Origin: an uncultured Clostridia bacterium
GTDB taxonomy: Bacteria > Bacillota > Clostridia > TANB77 > CAG-508
DNA length: 35,629 nt
NCBI GenBank assembly: GCA_947624365.1
Contig: CANQJY010000003.1
Span: 1 to 35,629, forward strand
Direction of reading: 5' to 3'
The position numbers and the translations under genes are program-made. The stretch's first letter is position 1. Each line of letters begins with the position of its first letter. The notes below the pieces were generated by a model. The model saw only the letters and a program-made list of their open reading frames with translations. It ran no database searches and was not told the DNA's origin. Positions 1 through 11,546 of the stretch are shown in pieces.

Positions 1-188
1 CAGTGACGATAATTGATCACTGATTTTATAAAAAATTTTAATTTTAAAAAAAATTACACACTTTACTTGACAAAGTCCTTTGCATTAAATATAAAAAGAA
101 TGAATAAAAAAGATATAGAAAAAAATAAAGAAACGGCAATAGCAAAAACTATTTCTTCATCAAAAAATATAATTAAAATTTTATACAC

Positions 189-220
189 AAAAATTCCAGC
201 GATTTCTCACTGGAATTTTT
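189..220. terminator. Bidirectional intrinsic terminator downstream of rpoC
   Basis: Inverted repeat AAAAATTCCAG (189-199) / CTGGAATTTTT (210-220), with A/T tracts on both sides, ~100 nt after the rpoC stop. Confidence 0.75.
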
Positions 221-270
221 GCTTTCGGGTTCCTATTTTAGGACACCCTCTTTATTGCTTTTTTAAACTC

Positions 271-320
271 TGTCCCAAAGTGGACACAATGTCCAAAAAA
301 GGACCGTCCCAAAATGGACA
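271..320. repeat. REP-like palindromic repeat, locus 1 (one full arm plus a truncated arm)
   Basis: AATGTCCAAAAAAGGACCGTCCCAAAATGGACA (288-320) abuts the rpoC stop at 321. A fragment TGTCCCAAAGTGGACA lies at 271-286. Same unit as at 8401, 12849 and 32549. Confidence 0.9.
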
Positions 321-3300
321 TTATTCTGTTAGTTCTGTACTGATGCGGATGTCTTGGTATTTTTTCATTCCTGTTCCTGCTGGAATTAGTTTTCCTATTA
401 TTACGTTTTCTTTTAGTCCGATTAGGTCGTCTGTTTTTCCTTTGACTGCTGCTTCTGTTAGGACTCTTGTTGTTTCTTGGAATGATGCTGCTGATAGGAA
501 ACTGTCTGTTGCTAGTGAGGCTTTTGTTATTCCTAGTAAGACTCTCTTTCCTGTTGCTGGTTTCTTTCCTTCTGCTATTGCTTGTTTGTTTCTGTCTTCA
601 AATTCGTACATGTCAATTAGTGATCCTGCAAACATGTCTGTTTCTCCATTGTCTTCTATTCTTACCTTTTTTAGCATTTGCCTTCCTATTACTTCTATGT
701 GCTTGTCATTGATGTCAACACCTTGGTTTCTGTACACTTTTTGTACTTCTGATATTAAGTATTCATACACTCCTTCTGGTCCTTTAATTGCTAAAATTTC
801 AGCTGGGTTGATTGAACCTTCTATTAATGGTTGTGCCACTTCTACCATGTCTCCGTCACTTACTTTCATTTTTGAACCAAATGGGATTGTATATGTTCTA
901 GAGTCATCTTTTGATGTTACAATGACTTCTTTCTTTTTCTTTGTTTCTTTGATTTTTACTTTACCTGCAATTTCTGTGATAATTGCTAGTCCTTTTGGTT
1001 TTCTTGCTTCAAATAGTTCTTCAACTCTTGGTAAACCTTGTGTAATATCTGCTACACCTGCAACACCTCCTGAGTGAATAGTTCTCATTGTTAATTGTGT
1101 TCCTGGTTCTCCAATAGATTGGGCTGCAATTATACCAATAGATTCTCCTATAGATACTAAATCTCTTCTTGCTAAGCCCATTCCATAACATTTTTGGCAT
1201 ACACCATGTTTTGAATGGCATCCTAGTACAGAACGTACTTCTACTCTTTCAATTCCTGCTTCTACAATTTTTTCTGCGATTGGTTCTGTAATCATTGTGT
1301 TTGTGTCTACAATTAGTTCTTTTGTTTCTGGATTTATAATATCATGTAATGCAAATCTACCAATTAGTCTTTCTTGTAATTTTTCAATAATTTGATTTCC
1401 ATCCTTGATGTCATATATTATAATTCCTTCTTCTGTTCCACAATCTTCATCTCTTACAATGATATCTTGTGATACATCAACTAATCTTCTTGTTAAATAT
1501 CCTGAGTCTGCTGTTCTTAGAGCTGTATCTGAAAGTCCTTTTCTTGCTCCATGGGCTGATATAAAGTATTCTAAGGCGTCTAATCCATCTGCAAATGATG
1601 ATTTGATTGGTATTTCAACTGCTTTACCTGTTGTACTTGCCATTAATCCTCTCATACCTGCAATCTGGCGTAATTGGTTCATATTTCCACGGGCTCCAGA
1701 TTTTACCATCATGTAAATTGGATTCAAATTATCAAAGTTATCTTCCATAGCTTTACTTACATCATTTGTTGCTTGTTCCCAAACTTTTATAACAGCATTA
1801 TATCTTTCATCTTCTGTTATTAAACCTCTTGCATATTGCTTACGAATAGTTTCTACTTGTTTATCTGCATCCTCTAATATTCCTTTTTTTGCAGATGGTA
1901 CTTCTACATCACTCATAGAGAATGTAATACCTGCTAATGTTGAATATTTAAATCCTAATGCTTTTATATAATCAATTACTTCTGCTGATTCGGTTAAGCC
2001 ATGTAGTCTGATAACTCTTTCTATTATTGTTCCCATTGTCTTTTTTACAACTGGGAAATTAATTTCATATTGGAATGGATCTTCTTCCCTGTTTATAAAT
2101 CCTAAGTCTTGTGGAATTCCTTGGTTGAAAATAATTCTTCCAACACTTGTTTCAATTTTTTTGTGTTGAATTTCTCCGTTAATTTCCTTTTCAATTCTTA
2201 CAAAAATCTTTGCGTGAATTCCAACATCATTGTTTTCAAATGCCATAATTGCTTCATCTGGGTCACGATAATATGAGCCTTCCCCTTTTTCACCATCTAT
2301 AATCATTGTTAAATAATAACTTCCTAAAATCATATCAAGTCTTGGTACTGCTACTGGTTTTCCGTCTTGTGGTTTTAATAAGTTATTTGTTGATAACATT
2401 AAATATCTTGCCTCTGCTTGTGCTTCTGGTGATAGTGGTAAATGGATTGCCATTTGATCACCGTCAAAGTCTGCATTAAATGCTTCACATACAAGTGGGT
2501 GAAGTTTTATTGCTCTACCTTCTACTAATACTGGTTCAAATGCTTGAATTCCAAGTCTGTGTAGTGTTGGTGCACGGTTTAGCATAACTGGATGATCTTT
2601 TATAACTTCTTCTAGAATTCCCCATACTTCTGGATTTAATCTTTCTACCATTCTTTTTGCATTTTTTATATTTTGTGCAAGATTTCTTCCTACTAATTCT
2701 TTCATAACAAATGGTTTGAATAATTCAATTGCCATTTCTTTTGGAAGTCCACATTGATAAATTTTTAGTTCTGGTCCTACAACTATAACAGAACGTCCAG
2801 AATAATCAACACGTTTTCCTAATAAGTTTTGACGGAAACGTCCTTGTTTTCCTTTTAACATATCTGATAAAGATTTTAATGCTCTGTTTCCTGCTCCTGT
2901 TACTGGTCTTCCACGTCTACCATTATCTATTAATGCATCTACTGATTCTTGTAACATACGCTTTTCATTACGTACAATTATTTCTGGAGCTCCTAATTCT
3001 AATAATCTTTTTAGTCTGTTATTTCTGTTTATAACTCTACGGTATAAGTCATTTAAGTCAGATGTTGCAAAACGACCTCCGTCTAATTGTACCATTGGTC
3101 TTAATTCTGGTGGAATAACAGGAATAACTCCCATAACCATCCATTCTGGACGGTTACCAGAAATCCTAAAAGATTCTACTGTATCTAATCTTTTTATTAA
3201 TTTAGATTTCTTTTGCTCACTTGCTTTTTCAATTTCTTTTTTTATTGAAGCTGATAGTTTGTTTATATCAATTTCTGCCAACAATGTTCTAATTGCTTCT

Positions 3301-3818
3301 GCACCCATTTGTGCTTTAAAACTATCTTTTCCATATTTTTCTTGTGCTTCATGATATTCTTTTTCATTTAGCACTTGACATTTTTCTAGACCAGATGTTC
3401 CTTTGTCTACAACTATATATGATGCAAAATATATAACTTTTTCTAAGTTTCTTGGTGAAACATCTAACATTGTTGCAATTCTACTTGGAATTCCTTTAAA
3501 ATACCAGATATGTGCAACTGGGGCTGCTAATTCAATATGCCCCATTCTTTCACGTCTTACTTTTGATTTTGTTACCTCTACTCCACATCTGTCACAGACA
3601 ATTCCTTTATATCTTACTCTTTTATATTTTCCACAATGACATTCCCAGTCTTTTGTTGGTCCAAATATTCTTTCACAAAATAGACCATCTTTTTCTGGTT
3701 TTAACGTTCTGTAGTTTATGGTTTCTGGTTTTTTTACTTCTCCTTTTGACCATTCTCTTATTTGTTCATCTGATGCAATTCCTATTTTTAATTTGTTAAA
3801 AATCTCTAATTCGTCCAC
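321..3818 (-). CDS. rpoC: DNA-directed RNA polymerase subunit beta'
   Basis: 1165 aa. Zn finger ECHCGKY...CDRCG, catalytic [17 protein letters not shown] and [11 protein letters not shown] motifs. GTG start with G-rich RBS. Confidence 0.99.
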   Translation of the reverse strand: MDELEIFNKLKIGIASDEQIREWSKGEVKKPETINYRTLKPEKDGLFCERIFGPTKDWECHCGKYKRVRYKGIVCDRCGVEVTKSKVRRERMGHIELAAPVAHIWYFKGIPSRIATMLDVSPRNLEKVIYFASYIVVDKGTSGLEKCQVLNEKEYHEAQEKYGKDSFKAQMGAEAIRTLLAEIDINKLSASIKKEIEKASEQKKSKLIKRLDTVESFRISGNRPEWMVMGVIPVIPPELRPMVQLDGGRFATSDLNDLYRRVINRNNRLKRLLELGAPEIIVRNEKRMLQESVDALIDNGRRGRPVTGAGNRALKSLSDMLKGKQGRFRQNLLGKRVDYSGRSVIVVGPELKIYQCGLPKEMAIELFKPFVMKELVGRNLAQNIKNAKRMVERLNPEVWGILEEVIKDHPVMLNRAPTLHRLGIQAFEPVLVEGRAIKLHPLVCEAFNADFDGDQMAIHLPLSPEAQAEARYLMLSTNNLLKPQDGKPVAVPRLDMILGSYYLTMIIDGEKGEGSYYRDPDEAIMAFENNDVGIHAKIFVRIEKEINGEIQHKKIETSVGRIIFNQGIPQDLGFINREEDPFQYEINFPVVKKTMGTIIERVIRLHGLTESAEVIDYIKALGFKYSTLAGITFSMSDVEVPSAKKGILEDADKQVETIRKQYARGLITEDERYNAVIKVWEQATNDVSKAMEDNFDNLNPIYMMVKSGARGNMNQLRQIAGMRGLMASTTGKAVEIPIKSSFADGLDALEYFISAHGARKGLSDTALRTADSGYLTRRLVDVSQDIIVRDEDCGTEEGIIIYDIKDGNQIIEKLQERLIGRFALHDIINPETKELIVDTNTMITEPIAEKIVEAGIERVEVRSVLGCHSKHGVCQKCYGMGLARRDLVSIGESIGIIAAQSIGEPGTQLTMRTIHSGGVAGVADITQGLPRVEELFEARKPKGLAIITEIAGKVKIKETKKKKEVIVTSKDDSRTYTIPFGSKMKVSDGDMVEVAQPLIEGSINPAEILAIKGPEGVYEYLISEVQKVYRNQGVDINDKHIEVIGRQMLKKVRIEDNGETDMFAGSLIDMYEFEDRNKQAIAEGKKPATGKRVLLGITKASLATDSFLSAASFQETTRVLTEAAVKGKTDDLIGLKENVIIGKLIPAGTGMKKYQDIRISTELTE

Positions 3819-3829
3819 TCTTTTCCCCC

Positions 3830-6800
3830 CTATTCAATGATATCATCATCTTCAGAATCAAAAATTGCTTCATCATCTTCATCATCTAATTCATCAAAAA
3901 GTGCATCACTCTCATCATCTTCTATCATTATGTCATCATCTTCTAATGTTTCATCTATAAAGCCTTCTTCAAATTCATCTTCTTCTGCAAAATCTTCTGC
4001 TGATAACATCTTTTTCTCTTGTTCTGGATCATATTCGATACCATCTTCTATATTTTCTTTTAGTTCTAATTCTTGGTTGTCTTCTGAATATAGACGTACA
4101 TCTAATCCTAAAGATTGTAATTCTTTCACTAATACTTTAAAGCTTTCAGGAACGCCTGGTTCTGGTATGTTTTCTCCTTTAACAATTGCTTCATAGGTTT
4201 TTACTCTTCCAACTACATCGTCAGATTTTACGGTTAACATTTCTTGTAGTGTATATGCTGCTCCATATGCTTCTAATGCCCAAACTTCCATTTCTCCGAA
4301 ACGTTGTCCACCAAATTGTGCTTTTCCTCCTAATGGTTGTTGAGTAACTAATGAGTATGGTCCTGTTGAACGAGCATGGATTTTATCATCTACTAAGTGA
4401 TGTAATTTTAACATGTACATAACACCAACTGTTACTGGTTTTGCAAATGGGTCACCTGTACGGCCATCATATAAAATAGATTTTCCATCTGCACTCATAT
4501 TAGCTTCTTTTAAGATTTTTTCAACATCTTCTTGTGTTGCACCATCAAATACTGGTGTTGATACATGCCATCCTAATGCTTTTGCTGCTCCTCCTAAGTG
4601 TACTTCTAGGATTTGACCTAAGTTCATACGAGAAGGTACACCTAATGGGTTTAATAAAATATCTATTGGAGTACCATCTGGTAAAAATGGCATATCTTCT
4701 TCTGGTAATACTCTTGATATAACACCTTTGTTACCATGACGTCCTGCCATTTTATCTCCTACAGAAATTTTTCTTTTTGTTGCAATATAACATCTAATAA
4801 TTTGATTTACTCCAGGTCCTAATTCATCTGAATTGTCTCTTGTAAAGATTCTAACATCAACTATTGTTCCTGCTTCACCATGTGGTACACGTAGAGATGT
4901 ATCTCTTACTTCTCTTGCTTTTTCTCCAAAGATTGCTCTTAATAATCTTTCTTCTGCTGTTAATTCTGTTTCTCCTTTTGGAGTTACTTTTCCAACTAAT
5001 ATATCTCCTGGTCTTACTTCTGCACCAATTCTGATAATTCCGTTTTCATCAAGGTCTTTTAACACATCATCACCAACATTTGGAATATCTCTTGTGATTT
5101 CTTCTGGTCCTAATTTAGTATCACGACACTCACAATCATATTCTTCAATATGGATTGATGTGAATACATCTTCTTTTACTAGTCTTTCATTTAGTAAAAT
5201 AGCATCTTCGTAGTTATATCCTTCCCATGTAGAAAATGCAACTAATACATTTTTACCTAGTGACATTTCTCCATCTTTGGTTGCTGGTCCATCTGCGATG
5301 GCATCTCCTTTTTTAACTATTTCACCTTTTTTTACAATAGGTTTTTGGTTGATACAAGTACCACCATTTGTTCTTTTGAATTTACGTAATTTATGTACTA
5401 CTGTTTTTCCATTTTGATATTTTACTGTAATTGCATCTCCTGCTACTTTTTCAACAACTCCATCATCTTCTGCTAATACTAAAATTCCAGAGTCTTTTGC
5501 TGCTCTATATTCTATACCTGTTGCAACAATTGGTCTTTCTGTTATCATTAATGGAACTGCTTGACGTTGCATGTTTGCTCCCATTAATGCTCTTTTTGCA
5601 TCATCATGCTCTAAAAATGGTATCATGGCTGCAGCAATTGATACTAATTGTTTTGGTGAAACATCTACATATTGTACTTGATCTTTATCTACTTCGATAA
5701 TATCATTTCTATAACGAACTCTTATTCTGTCATTTATGAATTCACCTTTTTTGTTCATTGGTTCTGAAGCTTGTGCAATCATATAATTATCTTCAACATC
5801 TGCACTCATATATTCTACTATATCAGTTGCTTTGTGTGTTTTAGGGTCAATTTTTCTATATGGTGTTTCTATAAATCCATATTCATTGATATTAGCAAAT
5901 GAAGAAAGTGCTGATATTAATCCTATGTTTGGTCCTTCTGGTGATTCGATTGGGCATAATCTACCATAGTGTGTATAATGAACGTCACGTACTTCGAAAC
6001 CTGCTCTTTCTCTTGTTAGTCCACCTGGTCCTAATGCTGAAATTCTTCTTTTATGTGTTAATTCTGAAAGTGGATTTGTTTGATCCATAAATTGTGATAA
6101 TTGTGAACTTCCAAAGAATTCACGAATTGCTGATGTGATTGGTTTTGTGTTTATTAAAGTTTGTGGTGTTACAACATCTAAGTCCTGAATTGTCATTCTT
6201 TCACGTACAACTCTTTCTAGTCTTGCTAAACCAATTCTAAATTGATTTTGTAAAAGTTCACCAACACAACGAATTCTACGATTTGCTAAATGGTCTATAT
6301 CATCTGGTTTTCCAATTCCATGTGATAAATTTAGTAAATAGTTTACTGATGCAATCATATCATCAATTGTGATATGTTTTGGCACTAGTTCATCATATCT
6401 TTCTTTCATCATTTTTACTAAATCTTTTTTGTCAGTATTGTCAATGATATTTTTTAAAACTTCATAGTAAACATCTTCTTTGAAATGTAAACTGCTTAAA
6501 TCTACATCTGGTAAAACTTTGTGTGGATTTACAGTTGCATTTCCTATAATTCTTACTTTTCTTTCTCCAATCATAACGTCAACTATATTAATTCCTGCAT
6601 TTTGGATATTTTCTGCTACTTCTTCAGAAATGATTTCTCCACCTTGAACAAATACTTCCCCTGTTTCACTATCTACTATGTCATTTGCTGATATTTTTCC
6701 TTTTATTCTTCCAGCTAGTCCTAATTTTTGATTAAATTTATATCTTCCTACTTTTGCTAAATCATATCTTTTTCCATCATAAAATAAACCATTGAATAGG

Positions 6801-7561
6801 TTCTTTGCAGCTTCAACTGTTGGTAATTCACCTGGTCTTAATTTTTTATATATTTCAATTAGGGCTTCATCTTGATTTTTTATTGGGTCTTTTGCAATTG
6901 TTGCTGTTAACATTTCTTCTTCACCAAATAGTTCTCTAATTTGGTCATCACTTATTACACCAATTGCACGTAATAATGTTGTTACTGGTACTTTTCTTGT
7001 ACGGTCAACACGAACCCAGAAAATGTCGTTACCATCTGTTTCATATTCCAGCCATGCTCCTCTTAGTGGCATAACTGTTGATGTGTATGTCTTTTTTCCT
7101 GTTTTTGTGTCAAATATTTCGTCATAGTAACATCCTGGTGAACGTACTAATTGGCTAACAACTACCCTTTCTGCTCCATTGATAATAAATGTTCCACTGT
7201 CTGTCATAAGTGGGAAATCACCTAGATAAATTTCTTGTTCTTTGATTTCGCCTGTTTCTCGATTGATTAGTCTGACTTTTGCATGTAGTCTGCTAGAGTA
7301 TGTTGTGTCTCTTTCTTTTGCCTCTTCTAATGTATACTTGGTTTTGTCTTCCATATAATAGTCAAAAAACTCAAGAACTAGATTTCCAGAATAATCTTCA
7401 ATTGGTGATATATCTTTTAATACCTCTCCTAATCCTTCTTCTATAAACCAGTCATATGAGTCTTTTTGTACTTTGATTAGGTTTGGCATTTCGATAAAAT
7501 CTCCAACTTTTGCGAAATCTTTTCTTGAGGCTTTTTCGTATTGGATTTCTTTTAGTTTCAA
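3830..7561 (-). CDS. rpoB: DNA-directed RNA polymerase subunit beta
   Basis: Motifs [37 protein letters not shown] and [12 protein letters not shown]. Likely start is TTG at 7561 (AAGGAG RBS upstream) rather than GTG at 7570. Long acidic C-terminal tail. Confidence 0.99.
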   Translation of the reverse strand: MKLKEIQYEKASRKDFAKVGDFIEMPNLIKVQKDSYDWFIEEGLGEVLKDISPIEDYSGNLVLEFFDYYMEDKTKYTLEEAKERDTTYSSRLHAKVRLINRETGEIKEQEIYLGDFPLMTDSGTFIINGAERVVVSQLVRSPGCYYDEIFDTKTGKKTYTSTVMPLRGAWLEYETDGNDIFWVRVDRTRKVPVTTLLRAIGVISDDQIRELFGEEEMLTATIAKDPIKNQDEALIEIYKKLRPGELPTVEAAKNLFNGLFYDGKRYDLAKVGRYKFNQKLGLAGRIKGKISANDIVDSETGEVFVQGGEIISEEVAENIQNAGINIVDVMIGERKVRIIGNATVNPHKVLPDVDLSSLHFKEDVYYEVLKNIIDNTDKKDLVKMMKERYDELVPKHITIDDMIASVNYLLNLSHGIGKPDDIDHLANRRIRCVGELLQNQFRIGLARLERVVRERMTIQDLDVVTPQTLINTKPITSAIREFFGSSQLSQFMDQTNPLSELTHKRRISALGPGGLTRERAGFEVRDVHYTHYGRLCPIESPEGPNIGLISALSSFANINEYGFIETPYRKIDPKTHKATDIVEYMSADVEDNYMIAQASEPMNKKGEFINDRIRVRYRNDIIEVDKDQVQYVDVSPKQLVSIAAAMIPFLEHDDAKRALMGANMQRQAVPLMITERPIVATGIEYRAAKDSGILVLAEDDGVVEKVAGDAITVKYQNGKTVVHKLRKFKRTNGGTCINQKPIVKKGEIVKKGDAIADGPATKDGEMSLGKNVLVAFSTWEGYNYEDAILLNERLVKEDVFTSIHIEEYDCECRDTKLGPEEITRDIPNVGDDVLKDLDENGIIRIGAEVRPGDILVGKVTPKGETELTAEERLLRAIFGEKAREVRDTSLRVPHGEAGTIVDVRIFTRDNSDELGPGVNQIIRCYIATKRKISVGDKMAGRHGNKGVISRVLPEEDMPFLPDGTPIDILLNPLGVPSRMNLGQILEVHLGGAAKALGWHVSTPVFDGATQEDVEKILKEANMSADGKSILYDGRTGDPFAKPVTVGVMYMLKLHHLVDDKIHARSTGPYSLVTQQPLGGKAQFGGQRFGEMEVWALEAYGAAYTLQEMLTVKSDDVVGRVKTYEAIVKGENIPEPGVPESFKVLVKELQSLGLDVRLYSEDNQELELKENIEDGIEYDPEQEKKMLSAEDFAEEDEFEEGFIDETLEDDDIMIEDDESDALFDELDDEDDEAIFDSEDDDIIE

Positions 7562-7757
7562 AAAAATCACTCCTTAATATTTTATTGAAGCAGAATGAAT
7601 TTATTTGATTTTAAGGAAAGTCCCTCTTAGCATATAGTTCTTATAAGATATTTGAAAGTGTCTGCTTTTCACCACAAATTTTCTTATGGGGTTCCTATAT
7701 CTAATTCCTCTTTTCTTAAAATTAAAATCTTAATTTGAAATAAATGTTGCAAATGTT

Positions 7758-7787
7758 ATTATATCAAATTTTGCTTACGGATGTCAA
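7758..7787 (-). promoter_or_regulatory. Sigma-A promoter of rpoBC
   Basis: Minus strand TTGACA (7787-7782), 18 nt spacer ending in TGn, TATAAT (7763-7758). Implies a ~190 nt 5' UTR. Confidence 0.75.
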
Positions 7788-7899
7788 GGTTTTTGAGAAT
7801 TTTTTTTGATTTTTTTTGAGATTATTTTAATTGACAAAATTATGTGAGTATGATATATACAAAATAAATTGTTAAAGTAAAAAGCGAAAGGATATAATT

Positions 7900-8400
7900 A
7901 TGGCTAATTTACCGATTTTGATTAAATATTTATTGACAGCTTTTATAGGTATGATACCTATTGTTGAATTAAGGGGTGCAATTCCAATAGGTGTTTTTAC
8001 ATTCCACTTAAACTATTTAGAATCTTTTGTTTGTAGTTTTATAGGAAATATTATTCCTGTATATTTTATTGTTAAGTATATTAGACCTTTGTTTGATTTT
8101 TTTGGAAGGTGGAAACCTTTTAAAATTGTTATTGATTGGGCTTCTAATAAAGCTACAAAAAATATTGAAAATAACCCAAGATTGCAAAACTTTGCAGCAC
8201 TTGGATTATTCTTGTTTGTTGCTATTCCATTACCTGGTACAGGTGCTTGGGTTGGTTCTTTAATTGCTAATTTTCTAGATTTACCTCCTAAAAAAGCTAT
8301 CCCTCCAATTATTGTTGGGGTTCTTACTGCTGGTATTATTATTTTGATTTTGACAGCTGTTGCAAATGGTGGTATACAATACCTATTGCAAAGAATATAG
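7900..8400 (+). CDS. Small multi-drug export family (COG2426) membrane protein
   Basis: 166 aa hydrophobic protein with PIVELRGAIP and FVAIPLPGTGAWVG motifs. AAGGA RBS. Confidence 0.85.
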   Translation: MANLPILIKYLLTAFIGMIPIVELRGAIPIGVFTFHLNYLESFVCSFIGNIIPVYFIVKYIRPLFDFFGRWKPFKIVIDWASNKATKNIENNPRLQNFAALGLFLFVAIPLPGTGAWVGSLIANFLDLPPKKAIPPIIVGVLTAGIIILILTAVANGGIQYLLQRI

Positions 8401-8497
8401 TGTCCATTTGGGGACGGTCCTTTTTTGGACATTTTGAAACAAATGTCCAAAAAAGGACCGTCCCCAAATGGACAAAAGGACCGTCCCCAAATGGACA
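8401..8497. repeat. REP/REPIN-like doublet palindrome, locus 2
   Basis: Perfect 34-bp arms 8401-8434 / 8441-8474 with loop TGAAAC, plus a tandem 23-bp partial arm at 8475-8497. Fills the gap between two convergent stop codons. Confidence 0.95.
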
Positions 8498-8499
8498 TT

Positions 8500-9615
8500 C
8501 TATCGTTCTTTGACAAAGTCTTCCATTATTAATTTTATTACTGCTGCTACTGGTACTGCTAGAAACATACCCATAATTCCAAAATATGCTCCTCCTACTG
8601 TTACTGAGAAAATTACTAGTAGTGGGCTTATTTTTAATGAGTTTCCTATGATTTTTGGGTTTATTATGTTTGCATCTATTTGTTGTAATATGATTACAAC
8701 AATTGCCATAAGTATTGCTTGCCCAATTCCTCCTGTTATTAATGTTATAATTACTGCTATTATAACTGCTATAATTGCTCCAATATATGGAATGATGTTG
8801 AATAATCCTATCATAAATCCTAATAATGGTGCATATTTTACCCCTATTATACTCATTGCAATTGTAGTTAATATTCCGACTATCATTGCATCTAACACTT
8901 GGCTACTAACAAATTTGAAAAATAATTCATTTGCTTGTCCAAAATAATTATCTAAATGTTGGTATGTTTCTTCTTTTAGTATTCTTTTTGCTAACTTTTT
9001 TAAGAATCCAATTATTGATTCTCTTTCTAATAAAATATATACAGATACAACAATTGATACAAATATATCAAATATTGCTGAAAATACATTAAATAAATTT
9101 TGTACATATTCTAGTATTCTTTCATTGTTTAAGCTTAATAATTCTGTTATATTAATTTGTTGAATTCTTTCTACTATACTCATCGCAATATCGCTTTTTA
9201 AAATAGAATCTTCTGGTAAATCTGTAATTGCTTGAACAGCATTTTCATAGTATATTTGAATATTTCCGACTAATTCTATTATGCTATCTCTTAATACTGG
9301 GAATATAACATTTATTATAATCATTAATATTAAAGCTACAACAACAAATGTTGTTAATACACTAAGACCTCTTGCTCGTTTAGTAATAAATTTGCTTTTA
9401 CTTTTTTTGAATGCTTTTTCAATTGATCTTGCTGGCATTATTAGGATATATGCTATAAATATACCTACAAAAAATGGCCTTAATACGCGGAAAAATGTGC
9501 CAAACCATTCTTGTATATTTCCGAAATTATCAAATATTTTATATACAATAATAGCACTCACAATTAATAAAAACCATGATAGCCACTTTTTCCAATTACT
9601 TCTGATTTCTTCCAT
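8500..9615 (-). CDS. AI-2E (PerM/UPF0118) family transporter
   Basis: Multi-TM protein with FNIIPYIGA, QQIDANIINPKIIG and GMFLAVP motifs. Start set at ATG 9615 (AAGGA RBS); 9633 is also possible. Confidence 0.9.
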   Translation of the reverse strand: MEEIRSNWKKWLSWFLLIVSAIIVYKIFDNFGNIQEWFGTFFRVLRPFFVGIFIAYILIMPARSIEKAFKKSKSKFITKRARGLSVLTTFVVVALILMIIINVIFPVLRDSIIELVGNIQIYYENAVQAITDLPEDSILKSDIAMSIVERIQQINITELLSLNNERILEYVQNLFNVFSAIFDIFVSIVVSVYILLERESIIGFLKKLAKRILKEETYQHLDNYFGQANELFFKFVSSQVLDAMIVGILTTIAMSIIGVKYAPLLGFMIGLFNIIPYIGAIIAVIIAVIITLITGGIGQAILMAIVVIILQQIDANIINPKIIGNSLKISPLLVIFSVTVGGAYFGIMGMFLAVPVAAVIKLIMEDFVKER

Positions 9616-9634
9616 AAATATTTTCCTTCCCATT

Positions 9635-10390
9635 TTATATTTCTATTTCTAACCCTACTGGGCAGTGGTCACTTCCATATACTTCAGGATAAATAGTTGC
9701 TTCTTTTATTTGTTCTTTTATTTTATCTGATACTATAAAATAATCTATTCTCCATCCAACATTTTTCTCTCTGGCATGCCCCATGTAAGACCACCAACTA
9801 TATGCTTCTTCTTTATTTGGATATAAATAACGAAATGTATCTATAAATCCTGCTTTTAATAGTTCTGTCATTTTCTCTCTTTCTTCATCAGTAAACCCAG
9901 CATTCCCTCGATTTGATTTCGGATTTTTTAAATCTATTTCATTATGGGCAACATTTAAATCTCCACACATGATAACTGGCTTTTTAGTATCTAGTTCTAA
10001 TAGATATCGCCTGATTTCATCTTCCCATACTTGTCTATATGCAAGCCTTTCTAGCTCTCTTTTTGCATTTGGTGTATATATTGTTACCATATAAAAGTTT
10101 TCAAATTCTAATGTTATTACTCTTCCTTCTTTGTCATGTTCTTCTATTCCAATTCCATAACTAACTGATTTGGGCTTTATTTTTGTGTATATTGCTGTTC
10201 CTGAATATCCTTTGCGTTCAGCACTATAGTAATATGCCTCATATCCTTTAAATTGTAAATCTATTTGCTCTGGTTGGCACTTGGTTTCTTGAATGCAAAA
10301 AATATCTGCATCTATTTTTTCAAAAAAATCTTCAAATCCTTTGTTTACACATGCTCTTATTCCATTTACATTCCATGAGATTAGTTTCAT
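9635..10390 (-). CDS. xth: Exodeoxyribonuclease III / AP endonuclease
   Basis: SWNVNGIRA, CIQETK, GDLNVAH, GWRIDY and SDHCP motifs. Confidence 0.97.
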   Translation of the reverse strand: MKLISWNVNGIRACVNKGFEDFFEKIDADIFCIQETKCQPEQIDLQFKGYEAYYYSAERKGYSGTAIYTKIKPKSVSYGIGIEEHDKEGRVITLEFENFYMVTIYTPNAKRELERLAYRQVWEDEIRRYLLELDTKKPVIMCGDLNVAHNEIDLKNPKSNRGNAGFTDEEREKMTELLKAGFIDTFRYLYPNKEEAYSWWSYMGHAREKNVGWRIDYFIVSDKIKEQIKEATIYPEVYGSDHCPVGLEIEI

Positions 10391-10421
10391 GTTGATTTCT
10401 CCGTTTCTTTGATTTTCCTCT

Positions 10422-10450
10422 ATTTTACTATATTCTTCTTAAAAAATCAA
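10422..10450 (-). promoter_or_regulatory. Putative sigma-A promoter for xth-AI-2E
   Basis: Minus strand TTGATT-N17-TAAAAT just upstream of xth. Confidence 0.5.
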
Positions 10451-10459
10451 CCATTATAA

Positions 10460-10490
10460 AATAAAAGAGTTGGCAATTATACCAACTCTT
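10460..10490 (-). terminator. Intrinsic terminator after the G5-domain gene
   Basis: AAGAGTTGG (10465-10473) / CCAACTCTT (10482-10490) hairpin followed by a T-rich run on the minus strand. Confidence 0.75.
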
Positions 10491-10501
10491 GATATTTATT
10501 T

Positions 10502-11512
10502 TTAAAAATATACATTTCCTCCGATATATACACCAGAATGTGTTCCTGCTGCTCTAAATGATAAATAACTATGATTTCTTTTTCCATTTAAAGCATCTGT
10601 TACGGCTTGCTTTACAGCAGATGAATAGTTTCCATTTAAACGTCTTTTCCAGTGGCTATCTATTGAATAACAGAATTGACCTCTTGCTTTATATTGGCTT
10701 AGTGGGTCTGTTCCATTTCTTCTCCATTTAGCACTTTCTGCCCTGTTACATGCACAAGTAATAACAGCTAATGCTCCTGTGTAACTTGATCCACATTCTT
10801 GTGCTGTTATAGCACATAATAGGTCAAAATCACTTGCTGAATAAGACCACTTTCCTCCGCCATAAGAAACGGCTGATGTTCTTGCATCAGTTGAACCTCT
10901 TGTTGTTACTACTTTTTTATTAACTTGTACAATTTTGTTTACTGGTTGCTTTATAATAACTTCTGATAAAACTGTTTTTTCAATCTCAATATTATTTTGG
11001 TATTTTACTTTATAAGTAATTTCTTTTAATCCTTCTACACCTTTTTGTACTACTTTGTTTTCAACATTAGTATCTGTTCCTGCTGTGTTTTTTGTGATTG
11101 TTTCATAAGGAATAGCTACTTGTTCTACTACAATTTTTTCTGTTATCGGTGCATAGTTTTGCATTAGTTCATCTAAAGATGTTTGTACACCTTGTTCTGA
11201 TACTTCTGCTATTTTTACTTCATTATATGTTTTATCTGTAATTTTTATTACTGTTCCAGAAGATATTGGTTCTTCTAAACCTGGTGTTGTTTTTTGTGTG
11301 TCTTCCAAAATGATGTGATTTTCTTCTAAAACCTCAGCTACAGTTTGTTTACCTGTTAATGCTGTTAATTCATATCCGTTTTGTAATGTAATTTTTACAT
11401 CTGCTAAATTTGTATTTACCGCTAAAACACTAATTCCTGATATTAAGATTAAGATAATGCTTACACATATAATCTTGATGATTGAAAGTGAAGCGTTCTC
11501 TTGATTTTTCAT
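10502..11512 (-). CDS. YabE/RpfB-like secreted protein: N-terminal TM, DUF348-like and G5 domains, C-terminal SleB/Hydrolase_2-like cell-wall hydrolase domain
   Basis: G5 pattern IPYETI...VVQKGVEGLKEITY...VIIKQPVNKIV. C-terminus LLCAITAQE...LAV...NR...GQF...AVTDALNG...IGGNVYF. Lies downstream of tatD, as yabE does. ATG 11512 with AAGGAGG RBS. Confidence 0.75.
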   Translation of the reverse strand: MKNQENASLSIIKIICVSIILILISGISVLAVNTNLADVKITLQNGYELTALTGKQTVAEVLEENHIILEDTQKTTPGLEEPISSGTVIKITDKTYNEVKIAEVSEQGVQTSLDELMQNYAPITEKIVVEQVAIPYETITKNTAGTDTNVENKVVQKGVEGLKEITYKVKYQNNIEIEKTVLSEVIIKQPVNKIVQVNKKVVTTRGSTDARTSAVSYGGGKWSYSASDFDLLCAITAQECGSSYTGALAVITCACNRAESAKWRRNGTDPLSQYKARGQFCYSIDSHWKRRLNGNYSSAVKQAVTDALNGKRNHSYLSFRAAGTHSGVYIGGNVYF

Positions 11513-11546
11513 ATCTTTTCTTACCTCCTTTGGCAATACAGTTATT

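Noticed and set aside
13-1077. 354-aa plus-strand ORF and the many other antisense ORFs in the track (e.g. 24222-24917, 29834-30772)
   Set aside because: They are shadows of well-supported minus-strand genes, with Ser/Ile/Phe-rich composition and no recognisable motifs. 13-1077 also runs through a terminator and a repeat.
6010-6125. Rifampicin-resistance substitutions in RpoB cluster I
   Set aside because: [26 protein letters not shown] retains the usual sensitive-type Q, D, H, R and S residues.
7831-7860. Plus-strand promoter for the COG2426 gene
   Set aside because: TTGACA is present but the hexamer at 17-nt spacing (TATATA) lacks the conserved final T; plausible but not called.
8401-8497. 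Palindromic repeats as a CRISPR array
   Set aside because: Copies are dispersed and inverted, with no regularly spaced unique spacers and no cas genes.
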